DNA of 64,000 nt from NCBI GenBank assembly GCA_902574475.1, contig CACGNZ010000003.1, positions 17,798 to 81,797 of the forward strand, read 5' to 3'. Source of the DNA: an uncultured Alphaproteobacteria bacterium (GTDB taxonomy: Bacteria > Pseudomonadota > Alphaproteobacteria > HIMB59 > GCA-002718135). How positions within the stretch are numbered: the stretch's first letter is position 1; the number at the start of each line of letters is the position of its first letter. The translations under genes and the position numbers were made by a program. The notes beneath the pieces are model-generated. The model had not been told where the DNA came from. It saw only the letters and a list, made by a program, of their open reading frames with translations, and searched no databases. Shown piece after piece: positions 8,365 through 17,744 of the stretch.

Positions 8365-10216
8365 TAAAAATTTCTGTTAAATTTTCTAAGTAAGCAGATG
8401 GATTTGAGAGAATGTTACCATCTAATATATTAGCTTGATCTAAAATTAAATTTGAAGCTTTTTTATGGTCAATTTTTGTTAAATTTTGAGATAAATTTAC
8501 AATCATCGGATGGTTTGGATTAATTTCAAGTATCTTTTTCGAAACTGGAGTTTTTTGATTATGCATTTTCATTAGTTTTTCCATATTTATATCCATACCA
8601 GCTTCTTCAGCAACAAGCAGAATTGGGCTTTTAGTTAATCTCTTAGATACAATAACATCAGATATAGTCTCTTTAAGCTCTGTTTTAAGTATGTTGATTA
8701 AATCATTGATTTTACTATCTACTTCTTTTTTATCTTCGTCTTTCTTACTTGATTTTTCACCAACTTTTGAAACATCAACCTTACCTTTGGTTATTGATTT
8801 AAATTCTAAATCTTTAAATTTATTTACATTTTGTATCCAAAACTCATCTACTGCATCAACCATAAACAAAACTGGTATCTTTTTATCAGTGAAAACTTCT
8901 AATTGAGGGGAGTTTTTAATATGATCCTTATCAGTATTAGCAAAATAATAAATTTCTTTTTGGTCTTTGGCCATTAATTTAGTGTACTCTTCAAGAGATA
9001 TTTTTTTATCATTTAAAGAATTTTCAAACCTTAATAGCGGTAGGATTTTTTCATGATGATCATTATGTTCGTATAACCCTTCTTTTAGAACAGGACCAAA
9101 ATTATTCCAAAATGTCTCAAATTTAACCTTTTCTTTCTTAGCTAAGGTATCAATTTCACTTAAAATTTTATTTGTAATACCTTTTTTTATTTTTGTAATA
9201 ATAGGATTATTTTGAAGCATTTCTCTACTTATATTGAGAGAAATATCTTGTGAGTCGACTACTCCTGGAATGAAACGTAACCAATTAGGAATTATGTCTT
9301 CACAATCATCAGTGATAAAAACTTTTTGAACATATAATTTTATTTTATTTTTCCTATCAGCATTGAATAAATCCATAGGTTGATTTGTAGGAAAATAAAG
9401 TAAAGCCTTATAACTAATAACACCTTCAGCATTATAGTGAATAGTTTTTAAGGGATCATCAAAATTAAATGAAATATTATTATAAAATTGCTTATAATCT
9501 TCTTCTTTTATATCTTTTTTATCTTTTAGCCATAATGGACTACCTTCATTTATTTTTTCTTCTTTTTCTTTATCATCAAGGTCCTTAAGATAAATTGGAA
9601 AAGGAATATAATTTGAGTATTTTGTTATAATTGATCTTAAACGAAATGAATCTAAAAATTCATCAGCATCTTTCTTTATATTTAGAGTTATACAAGTGCC
9701 TCTTTTATCTTTTTTAGCATCTTCTATGGTATAATTTTCTTTTCCATTGGAAGACCAAAGATTTGTTTCTTCATTTTCAGCATCTTTAGAAAGCACTTCA
9801 ACATTATCCGCAACCATATATGAGGAATAAAAACCAACACCAAACTGTCCAATTGCGGAAATATCATTACTCTTTTTATTTTTCATTGCTTCAATAAATT
9901 TACTAGTTCCTGATCTCGCTATAGTTCCTAAATTGTCAATCAGTTCATTTTTAGACATTCCAATTCCATTATCTTCAATTTCAATAATTTTTTTCTTTTT
10001 TGAAACTCTGATATTTATTTTTAAATCCTTTTCATCTTTTAGAAGATTTTTTTTGGAGAGTGATTGATATCTTAATTTTTCACAGGCATCTGCAGAATTA
10101 GATATTAATTCTCTTAAAAATATTTCTCTTTCGCTATAAAGAGAATTAGCAACAAGATCTAAAAGCTTACTGACTTCAGCTTGAAATGTTAAATTTTCTT
10201 TAGTTTTTTCTACCAT
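8357..10216 (-). CDS. htpG: Molecular chaperone HtpG (Hsp90)
   Basis: GHKL ATPase motifs ELISNSADA, DNGIGM, GQFGVGFYS; 619 aa. Confidence 0.95.
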   Translation of the reverse strand: MVEKTKENLTFQAEVSKLLDLVANSLYSEREIFLRELISNSADACEKLRYQSLSKKNLLKDEKDLKINIRVSKKKKIIEIEDNGIGMSKNELIDNLGTIARSGTSKFIEAMKNKKSNDISAIGQFGVGFYSSYMVADNVEVLSKDAENEETNLWSSNGKENYTIEDAKKDKRGTCITLNIKKDADEFLDSFRLRSIITKYSNYIPFPIYLKDLDDKEKEEKINEGSPLWLKDKKDIKEEDYKQFYNNISFNFDDPLKTIHYNAEGVISYKALLYFPTNQPMDLFNADRKNKIKLYVQKVFITDDCEDIIPNWLRFIPGVVDSQDISLNISREMLQNNPIITKIKKGITNKILSEIDTLAKKEKVKFETFWNNFGPVLKEGLYEHNDHHEKILPLLRFENSLNDKKISLEEYTKLMAKDQKEIYYFANTDKDHIKNSPQLEVFTDKKIPVLFMVDAVDEFWIQNVNKFKDLEFKSITKGKVDVSKVGEKSSKKDEDKKEVDSKINDLINILKTELKETISDVIVSKRLTKSPILLVAEEAGMDINMEKLMKMHNQKTPVSKKILEINPNHPMIVNLSQNLTKIDHKKASNLILDQANILDGNILSNPSAYLENLTEIFIK

Positions 10217-10317
10217 TTTTGAAATTTAAGCATTCATATCTATAATTCAATAGTAAGCAATAATTTTTTGCCACATTTAAGACTATATAAGTAAAAGTTA
10301 TGGTATTTAGATTTATA

Positions 10318-10932
10318 ATGAAATTTGATAATTTTTTTAAATTATTGTGTATTGCGTTGTTATTTTTATATGCATGTACTTCAAATCAGTTAACAAATAC
10401 TGCTGATAGTTGCATAATTTTTGATGAAAAGAAAAGCTGGTACAAAGCAACTAAAAATTCTTATGATAAATGGAATACCCCAATTGCATTCCAATTAGCA
10501 GTTATAAAACAAGAATCATCTTTTACTCAATTTGCAAAACCGAAAAGAAAAAAATTTTTAGGTTTTATACCAACATCTAGACCGTCAACTGCTTTTGGTT
10601 ATGCTCAAATAACAAATCCTACATGGGATTGGTATAAGAATAAAACTGGAAATCAAAATGCATCAAGGGCAAATTTTAAAGATGTAACTGATTTTATTGG
10701 ATGGTACACAACGCAGTCTGAAAATATGATTGGAATTTCAAAAAATGATTACTATAATCAATATTTAGCATACCATGAAGGTCAAAACGGATGGTCGAAA
10801 GAGACATTTAAAAGTAAAGATTGGTTGATTGATGTTGCTAAAAATGTAGAAAGAAATACTAAGATGTATAATAAACAACTAAAACAATGCGAAGAAAAAC
10901 TAAATAAAAAAGGTTTCTTCGGAATACTATAA
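10318..10932 (+). CDS. Lipoprotein with SLT-like lytic transglycosylase motifs
   Basis: Signal peptide plus lipobox LFLYAC. IKQESSF (catalytic Glu-Ser context) and FGYAQI. The tracked ORF begins at 10300; ATG 10318 (MKFDNFF) is preferred. Confidence 0.55.
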   Translation: MKFDNFFKLLCIALLFLYACTSNQLTNTADSCIIFDEKKSWYKATKNSYDKWNTPIAFQLAVIKQESSFTQFAKPKRKKFLGFIPTSRPSTAFGYAQITNPTWDWYKNKTGNQNASRANFKDVTDFIGWYTTQSENMIGISKNDYYNQYLAYHEGQNGWSKETFKSKDWLIDVAKNVERNTKMYNKQLKQCEEKLNKKGFFGIL

Positions 10933-12110
10933 TGCCAATTTTAAATAGCATAAATCAAATGCAAGGTCAGATGACTGAATGGCGCCAGGATTTACATAAA
11001 ATTCCTGAGATAGGCCTTCAAGAATTTGAAACATCAAAATATATCAAAAATAAGTTAAGTGAATTTAATATTAAATTTAAAGATGGTTACGCTAATACAG
11101 GTGTTGTTGCTTGGGTAGATGGTAATAAAGTTACTAATGATAAGACAATTGGTTTAAGAGCAGATTTTGACGCCCTTCCTATGCCAGAACAAAATGAATT
11201 TAATCATAAATCTCAAAATAAAGGTATGATGCATGGTTGTGGCCATGATGGTCATACCACAATGCTTCTTGGGGCAGCGAAATATCTAAGTGAAAACAAT
11301 AATTTTAATGGAAGAGTATATTTCATTTTTCAACCAGGAGAAGAAGGTTTTGCTGGAGGAGAAAAAATGATTCAAGATGGTATGTTTGATGATTTTAAAA
11401 TTGATGAAGTTTATGCACTTCATAATTGGCCTGAGTTACCTTTAGGTACGTTTGGAGTAAATAGCGGACCGATGATGGCGGCAGTTGATGAATTCGATAT
11501 TACTGTAAAAGGAAAGGGTGGTCATGCTGCATCACCTCATCTAGCAATTGATCCTGTAGTAATTTCTGCACAAGTTATTTCCGCTGTTCAAACAATTATA
11601 AGTAGATCAACAGATCCTGTTGATAAAGCTCTTATAAGTATTACAAAAATTAATGCTGGTACAGCTTATAATGTAATCGACGATCAAGTTAAAATGGGTG
11701 GGACTATTAGAACTTTTCGAAGGGAAACACGAGCATATATAGAGAAAAGATTAAATGAATTATGTAAGGGCATAGCTGATGCACATGGTGCAGAGATAAA
11801 AATTGAATTTGATTTAGTTAATAAATATCCACCTACTATCAATTCTAAAGAAGAAACAAAATTTGCAGCAAATGTAGCTAAAGATTTAGTCGGTGACGAT
11901 AAAGTTATTACTGATATTGACCCGTCAATGGGAGGAGAAGATTTTTCATATTTGCTAGAAAAAAAACCTGGTTCCTATCTTTATCTTGGCCAAGGAGATG
12001 AAGAACATAGTGCTCATCTACATACAACTAAGTATGATTTTAATGATAATTTATTACCCATTGGTGTAAATTTTTGGGTGGATCTTGTTCAAAAATACTT
12101 TTCTAAATAA
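10932..12110 (+). CDS. M20D-family amidohydrolase (hippurate hydrolase / N-acyl-amino acid amidohydrolase type)
   Basis: HGCGHDGH metal-binding motif, FQPGEEG, GGEDFS. Confidence 0.85.
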   Translation: MPILNSINQMQGQMTEWRQDLHKIPEIGLQEFETSKYIKNKLSEFNIKFKDGYANTGVVAWVDGNKVTNDKTIGLRADFDALPMPEQNEFNHKSQNKGMMHGCGHDGHTTMLLGAAKYLSENNNFNGRVYFIFQPGEEGFAGGEKMIQDGMFDDFKIDEVYALHNWPELPLGTFGVNSGPMMAAVDEFDITVKGKGGHAASPHLAIDPVVISAQVISAVQTIISRSTDPVDKALISITKINAGTAYNVIDDQVKMGGTIRTFRRETRAYIEKRLNELCKGIADAHGAEIKIEFDLVNKYPPTINSKEETKFAANVAKDLVGDDKVITDIDPSMGGEDFSYLLEKKPGSYLYLGQGDEEHSAHLHTTKYDFNDNLLPIGVNFWVDLVQKYFSK

Positions 12111-12119
12111 TCTTAATTG

Positions 12120-12881
12120 ATGTTAAATTTTAGTGCGATTTATTCAATAATCGCATTTAGAATAAAAGAATTTCTACAAGAGTATCATTATTCTTTATTA
12201 GCCCCACTAACTACAAATCTTTTGTTTATATTAGTTTTTATAACAGTAGAAAATTATTACTCACTTTCTATAGATTCTGGTTCTTTCGTTGAATTTATTG
12301 CTCCTGGATTAATCATTATGATCGTTGCTCAGGAAAGTTACGATAATTCGTCTGCTACTTTAATTCATATGAAACAAATTGGTTCTTTAGATGACTGGTT
12401 AATGGCACCTATCTATAGAATTGAAATATTAATATCATTAATATTCACATCTCTCATTATTGGAATTATTTTAGCATTGTTTAATTTTTTAATATTTACT
12501 TTTTTAATTGATATTAAAATTTATAATTTTTTTTATTTTTTTTACTACCTATTTCTAGTTATAATATTTTTCTCATGTTTAGGATGTTTCGTAGGAATAA
12601 TTTTTAATTCTTGGGACTCACAAAGTACATTCTCGAGCTTTTTTGTTGCGCCAATTAATTTTTTATCAGGAACCTTTTTTTCAATAAATTATCTTCCTGA
12701 TAATTTTAAGGCTATACTTTTATATAATCCTTACTATTATGTTGTAAGCTTTTTTAGGAATTCATTCAATAATGAATTTTCATTTAATTTAGTTGAAAAT
12801 ATCTTTATAATATTATTTATTTTATTAATTTTGATTATTACATCATTTATTTTTTTCAAAGGTTTTAAGATTATCAAATGA
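12120..12881 (+). CDS. ABC-2-type transporter permease (YadH-like)
   Basis: 6-TM profile with FIAPGLIIM and NPYYY segments resembling E. coli YadH. ATG 12120 is preferred over TTG 12117. Confidence 0.65.
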   Translation: MLNFSAIYSIIAFRIKEFLQEYHYSLLAPLTTNLLFILVFITVENYYSLSIDSGSFVEFIAPGLIIMIVAQESYDNSSATLIHMKQIGSLDDWLMAPIYRIEILISLIFTSLIIGIILALFNFLIFTFLIDIKIYNFFYFFYYLFLVIIFFSCLGCFVGIIFNSWDSQSTFSSFFVAPINFLSGTFFSINYLPDNFKAILLYNPYYYVVSFFRNSFNNEFSFNLVENIFIILFILLILIITSFIFFKGFKIIK

Positions 12882-13471
12882 TTGATGTTATTTTTAATTT
12901 TTTAATTCAATTTGATTTATTAATTAAAAATAATTTAGAATTATCTTTAATTTTATATTTTTTATTTTCATTTTTGTTTTTTACATTTTCTCTACCTGGT
13001 AGTTTAATAATTATACTAGCATCAAGTTTCTTTTTTGGATTTATTACAGGTTTTATAATTAATATAACAACTATTGTTTTAGGTAGTTTATGTTTTTTTC
13101 TTTTTTTTAAAAATATATTTAAAAAATATTTTAATAAACAAATTGAAAAATTTAGTGATAAACTAAATAAAATTATTAAAAAATCATCTTTTGAATACTT
13201 AGTTTTATTACGACTTATCTTTGGAGTGCCATTATTTGTTCAAAATTTATTTTTATCAACATTAAATATTTCTAAAACTAAATTTATAATTTCATCTTTT
13301 ATTGGTTTCACCCCTTATTTTATTCTATTTTCATTTATTGGCAATCAATTTTCTGATCTTATTGAAATTAAAGAATTTCAACTTAGTAATATTTTATCAT
13401 TTGAATTAATTCTAATTTTTTTACTATTAATTATTTTTTTATTACTTAGAATTTTTTTTAAATTTAAATAA
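12878..13471 (+). CDS. TVP38/TMEM64 (DedA-related) family membrane protein
   Basis: Multi-TM protein with LPGSLIIILASSFFFG and LRLIFGVPLFVQN segments. ATGA overlap with the upstream gene. Confidence 0.6.
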   Translation: MIDVIFNFLIQFDLLIKNNLELSLILYFLFSFLFFTFSLPGSLIIILASSFFFGFITGFIINITTIVLGSLCFFLFFKNIFKKYFNKQIEKFSDKLNKIIKKSSFEYLVLLRLIFGVPLFVQNLFLSTLNISKTKFIISSFIGFTPYFILFSFIGNQFSDLIEIKEFQLSNILSFELILIFLLLIIFLLLRIFFKFK

Positions 13472-13847
13472 ATAGTTTTTTAAATCTCATTGAAATGAAT
13501 AATAAATAAATAGTAACAATTATTGCTGCATAAATAGTTATATCAATAATTATTAAATTATTTGCAGAAAATTCATTTGTTATTCTTGAATATATCAAAG
13601 CTGATGTCTGTATTACAGATGTAATAATAATAACATTAAGTAATCTGATTGAGCCCTTTGTATTTAAGTAGATCATTAAAAGACCAATAAATAAAAGGCC
13701 TGTTATAGCGCCTCCAAGATTTCTAAGCCATGCTATATTAGTACTTTCAGCAACAGTTAAATTTACAAAACTATATGGAAAAATTAAAAAATAAATTCCA
13801 TAAATTAAAGAAAAAATTGATAAAAATAATATGCTTAATCTGATCAT
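13464..13847 (-). CDS. Hypothetical membrane protein (4 TM)
   Basis: 127-aa hydrophobic ORF filling the gap. No recognisable motif. Confidence 0.5.
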   Translation of the reverse strand: MIRLSILFLSIFSLIYGIYFLIFPYSFVNLTVAESTNIAWLRNLGGAITGLLFIGLLMIYLNTKGSIRLLNVIIITSVIQTSALIYSRITNEFSANNLIIIDITIYAAIIVTIYLLFISMRFKKLFI

Positions 13848-13915
13848 CTACTAAAAACTATTTATTAAGATATAATTAGTATTGCAAATTAATTTTTACT
13901 AAATATAGAAAATAT

Positions 13916-14149
13916 ATGATCCGATTGTTAATAGTTTTAATTGTTATAGTAATTATACTATTTATTTTGAGATCAAGAGCCAAATCACAATATAATAATT
14001 ATGGGAACTTTTATAGAAATTTAATTCTGATAGTCATAATTGGAGGTATAATCTTCTTCCTTGCTACAACTGGAAAATTCTTGATACCACAGTTATTAAA
14101 TCTTATTAAAGTTGGTTTACCATTCTTGACAAAATTAATAGGAATATAA
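13916..14149 (+). CDS. Hypothetical small membrane protein
   Basis: 77 aa, 2 TM. Its stop overlaps the downstream start (TAATG), suggesting translational coupling to the PhyH gene. Confidence 0.4.
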   Translation: MIRLLIVLIVIVIILFILRSRAKSQYNNYGNFYRNLILIVIIGGIIFFLATTGKFLIPQLLNLIKVGLPFLTKLIGI

Positions 14150-15012
14150 TGAAATATTTTTCAACAAACGATCTACCCTTAAACGATGAAATGATTAAAT
14201 TTTGGAATGATAATGGATATTTGGTTATAGAAAATTTTAACACAGATAAAGAATGTGATGAATTAATGGAACGGTCATCATATCTTATCGAACATAATAA
14301 TTTTAATAATCAAAAATCTATTTTTGATACAGTCAATCAAGCTCATAATGATGATAATTATTTTTTAGAATCAGGAGATAAAATTCGTTTCTTCTTTGAA
14401 GAAAAAGCTAATTTAAATGATGATAACATAGAAGAAAATAAACATTTTATTGTAAATAAAATCGGTCATGCGTTGCACGACTTAGATAAAGTTTTTTATA
14501 AATTTTCTCATAAACAAAAACTTCAAGATATTGCTTTATCACTTGGTTTCTCAAAACCAAAATTACTTCAGTCTATGTATATTTTTAAACAACCTAAAAT
14601 AGGTGGTGAAGTAGTTTGCCATCAAGATTCTACTTTTTTATATACTGAGCCAGAAAGTACCATCGGTTTCTGGTTTGCATTAGAAGATGCAAATAAAACA
14701 AACGGATGTTTACAAGTTGCAAGCGGAGGTCATAAAGGCCCATTAAGAAAACTTTTTAAAAAAGTAGACGGTAAAATGCAAATGATAGATCTAAATGATG
14801 AGCCATTTCCTGAAACTGATACTTTTGTAGAAGTAAAAAAAGGATCACTTGTTTTATTACATGGTAGACTTCCTCATTATTCATGTGAGAACACAAGTTT
14901 AAAATCAAGACATGCTTACACAATTCATGTAATTGATAATAACAACGAATATCCTGAATGGAATTGGTTACAAAGATCTTCAATACCTCTTAAAAGTTTT
15001 ATTAATGACTAA
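14149..15012 (+). CDS. Phytanoyl-CoA dioxygenase (PhyH) family Fe(II)/2-oxoglutarate dioxygenase
   Basis: CHQDSTF (HxD facial triad), distal HAYTIH, N-terminal FWNDNGYLVIENF. Confidence 0.8.
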   Translation: MKYFSTNDLPLNDEMIKFWNDNGYLVIENFNTDKECDELMERSSYLIEHNNFNNQKSIFDTVNQAHNDDNYFLESGDKIRFFFEEKANLNDDNIEENKHFIVNKIGHALHDLDKVFYKFSHKQKLQDIALSLGFSKPKLLQSMYIFKQPKIGGEVVCHQDSTFLYTEPESTIGFWFALEDANKTNGCLQVASGGHKGPLRKLFKKVDGKMQMIDLNDEPFPETDTFVEVKKGSLVLLHGRLPHYSCENTSLKSRHAYTIHVIDNNNEYPEWNWLQRSSIPLKSFIND

Positions 15013-15949
15013 AAAAATAATTTTAGATTGTGATCCAGGTCATGATGATGCTGTAGCAATAATGTTAGCTGCTTCTTCTAAAGAGATTGACATACTGGGT
15101 ATCACTTGTGTCGGTGGAAATAGTGGTTTAAATAATACAGTAAATAATGCTCTTAAAGTTTGTACGTTAATTGAAAGAACGGACATCAAAGTTTACTCTG
15201 GTGCAAATAAACCTATTTATTATGAATTATTTACAGCTGAATATGTTCACGGAAAAACCGGATTAGATAAAAAAGGTGACCCTATAATAATAGATACAAA
15301 TTATAAACCTCAAGAAAAACATGCAGTTGATTTTATAGTAGAAACTTGTAAATCTTCAACGGAGAAAATTTATTTATGTCCAACAGGACCTCTTACAAAT
15401 ATTGCCTTAAGTTTAAAAAAAGATCCGTCTATTAAAGAAAATATAAAAGAAATAGTTTTTATGGGTGGAGCTGCTATGTGCTTAGGGAATACTACACCTT
15501 CAGCTGAATTTAATATTTATGTGGATCCACATGCGGCTAATATTGTTCTAGAAGCAGGCATTCCTCTAACAATGATGGGTTTAGATGTTACTCATCAGGT
15601 AAATGTAAATTCAAAAATTATCAAATCAATGAATGAAAATAAAAATAAAAGTTCTAAGTTTTTTGGAGAACTAATGGAATTTTATACAATATTTCATAAA
15701 GAATTATACGAAACTGAGGAAACTCCTTTGCATGACCCATGTGTTATTGCATATTTGTTAGATCCATCTATTTTTAGTGGAAAAGAAGTTAATGTCACAG
15801 TTGAAGAAAATTCTGAATTAACAAGAGGGGAGACTGTTGTTGATTGGCTAGGTGTTACTAAAAGACCAGTAAATTGTTTAGTGATGAATGAAGCTAATGA
15901 TGAAAAATTTTTTCAATTACTTAAAGCTAAATTATCGCTATTACCTTAA
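15005..15949 (+). CDS. Nucleoside hydrolase (IunH/RihA family)
   Basis: DCDPGHDDAVAI aspartate-cluster motif. ATG 15005 (MTKKIILDCDPG) is preferred over the track start 14933. Confidence 0.9.
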   Translation: MTKKIILDCDPGHDDAVAIMLAASSKEIDILGITCVGGNSGLNNTVNNALKVCTLIERTDIKVYSGANKPIYYELFTAEYVHGKTGLDKKGDPIIIDTNYKPQEKHAVDFIVETCKSSTEKIYLCPTGPLTNIALSLKKDPSIKENIKEIVFMGGAAMCLGNTTPSAEFNIYVDPHAANIVLEAGIPLTMMGLDVTHQVNVNSKIIKSMNENKNKSSKFFGELMEFYTIFHKELYETEETPLHDPCVIAYLLDPSIFSGKEVNVTVEENSELTRGETVVDWLGVTKRPVNCLVMNEANDEKFFQLLKAKLSLLP

Positions 15950-16866
15950 CTATAAAAACTCTTTGCAATCTTTCCAGCTAAATTCGCATTATTAATTATT
16001 AAAGATACATTAGCATTTAGAGTTTCATTTTTTGATTGTTCGTTAATTTCTTTTATGAGAAACGGGGTTAATTCTTTTCCACTAATATTATTTCTATCAG
16101 CTTTTATTGTTGCATTATTTATCCATTTTTCTACGTCATTTTTATTAAGTGCTTTTTCTAATGGAACTTTATTAAATATGAGAATTGATTTTTTATTTCC
16201 CATATTTTCATTGAGTTTTAAAAAAGAAGAAATTTCATGAATTTCATCAAATTTATTATCGACTTTATTTTCTGTTTCTTCATACCAAAAACCAGGCATA
16301 TAATTTGTTTGATAACCAATTCTTGTAATTCCTAAAGTTTCAAGAAGTTCATTTGTTTTACTTATATCTAATATAGATTTAGCACCACTACAGATTACAA
16401 AATTTGAATTCTCAGAAAGTGCATATAGATCTGCAGATACATCATTGGTATTTTCAGCATTTAGATGCACACCACCAATTCCTCCTGTTGCAAAAAATCT
16501 TATTTGAAATTTAGAAGCTATAGAAATTGTACTTGCTACTGTTGTAGCAGCATTTTCTTTATTAAATATTGATAAATTTATATTGTGGTTTGAAACTTTT
16601 TGTACATTTTTCTCTTTTGCTAATATTTGAATATCTTCTTCCGATAATCCTATTTTAACCTTACCTCTAATTATTCCTATTGTTGCAGCAATTGCACCAT
16701 TATCTTCAACAGCCTTTATAGACTCATTTGCGACTTTAATATTTTCTGGATAGGGCAATCCATGACTAATCAATGTACTTTCTAAAGCTACTATTGGTTT
16801 TTTTCTATTTATTGCTTCTTGAACTTTTTTACTTATATCAAATATTTCATGCATACTATTGTACAA
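15946..16866 (-). CDS. psuG: Pseudouridine-5'-phosphate glycosidase
   Basis: VALESTLISHGLPYP and TGGIGGVH motifs; 306 aa. Confidence 0.9.
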   Translation of the reverse strand: MYNSMHEIFDISKKVQEAINRKKPIVALESTLISHGLPYPENIKVANESIKAVEDNGAIAATIGIIRGKVKIGLSEEDIQILAKEKNVQKVSNHNINLSIFNKENAATTVASTISIASKFQIRFFATGGIGGVHLNAENTNDVSADLYALSENSNFVICSGAKSILDISKTNELLETLGITRIGYQTNYMPGFWYEETENKVDNKFDEIHEISSFLKLNENMGNKKSILIFNKVPLEKALNKNDVEKWINNATIKADRNNISGKELTPFLIKEINEQSKNETLNANVSLIINNANLAGKIAKSFYS

Positions 16867-17743
16867 TCACTCTCTTAGAAAGATTTTTAATTTTTAAAAA
16901 ATCACTCTTAGTTTTTAGACTTTTACCACTAGCATAATAAGACCCGCATGCTACAGAAGTTTTCAAAATATAATTCATTTTTTCATTTATACTGAACAAA
17001 TACAGCATCATAGCTGCTAATGCGTCTCCAGCTCCATTTTCGTTTACTACTTTGATTGATGGTGGTTTTATTTTTTTTATAAATTCATTACTTCCAAAGA
17101 TTACATTATTTTTTGAATTAGTAGTAATTATTTTTATTTTTTTATTTTGTTTTAATATTTTTTTTACACCTAATATTATATTTGAAGAATTTGTAAGTTT
17201 AAGTAACTCTGCTTTATTTAAGAATATAAAATCAACTTTATTTATAATCCTTTTAATTTTAATAACTTTATGCACTGATGTTGCGCACACTATAATTTTA
17301 TTTTTTTTTGATAGTTTATTTATTGATTTTTCTAAATAGGTTTTAGAAAAATTTAGATCAAATATTATATTTTTATTCTTGATGTTTGGTATTTTTAAAG
17401 ATTTATTATTTTCATATTCATCTGTGTTAGCTAATCCTAATAAAAATTTATTATTTTTATCTGATAAAGCTAAATAGTATCTATCTGCATAATCTTTATT
17501 CACTTGATGAACATAGATTTTTTTTGAGATTTTTTTTCTAATCTCTTCATTGATAGCTAAACTATAAAAGTTTACATCAACAAAATTCGAAAGCAATTCT
17601 GCAATATTGTACGCCACTCCACCAATTCTGCTTTTTTGTGTAATTTGATTAGATCTAAAATTAATAATATTTTTTTTAAGATTTAATAAATAATCGTGAT
17701 GAATTGCCCCAATACAAACAAAAATGTTTTTAGATTTCAGCAT
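16856..17743 (-). CDS. psuK: PfkB-family carbohydrate kinase, probable pseudouridine kinase
   Basis: PfkB signature NENGAGDALAA. 11-nt overlap with downstream psuG. Confidence 0.75.
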   Translation of the reverse strand: MLKSKNIFVCIGAIHHDYLLNLKKNIINFRSNQITQKSRIGGVAYNIAELLSNFVDVNFYSLAINEEIRKKISKKIYVHQVNKDYADRYYLALSDKNNKFLLGLANTDEYENNKSLKIPNIKNKNIIFDLNFSKTYLEKSINKLSKKNKIIVCATSVHKVIKIKRIINKVDFIFLNKAELLKLTNSSNIILGVKKILKQNKKIKIITTNSKNNVIFGSNEFIKKIKPPSIKVVNENGAGDALAAMMLYLFSINEKMNYILKTSVACGSYYASGKSLKTKSDFLKIKNLSKRVIVQ

Positions 17744-17744
17744 T

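Noticed and set aside
10217-10299. Sigma-32-type heat-shock promoter upstream of htpG.
   Set aside because: The best candidate on the minus strand (CTTAAA-N18-CTTACTAT) matches the CTTGAA / CCCCATnT-type consensus poorly. I cannot distinguish it from A+T-rich background.
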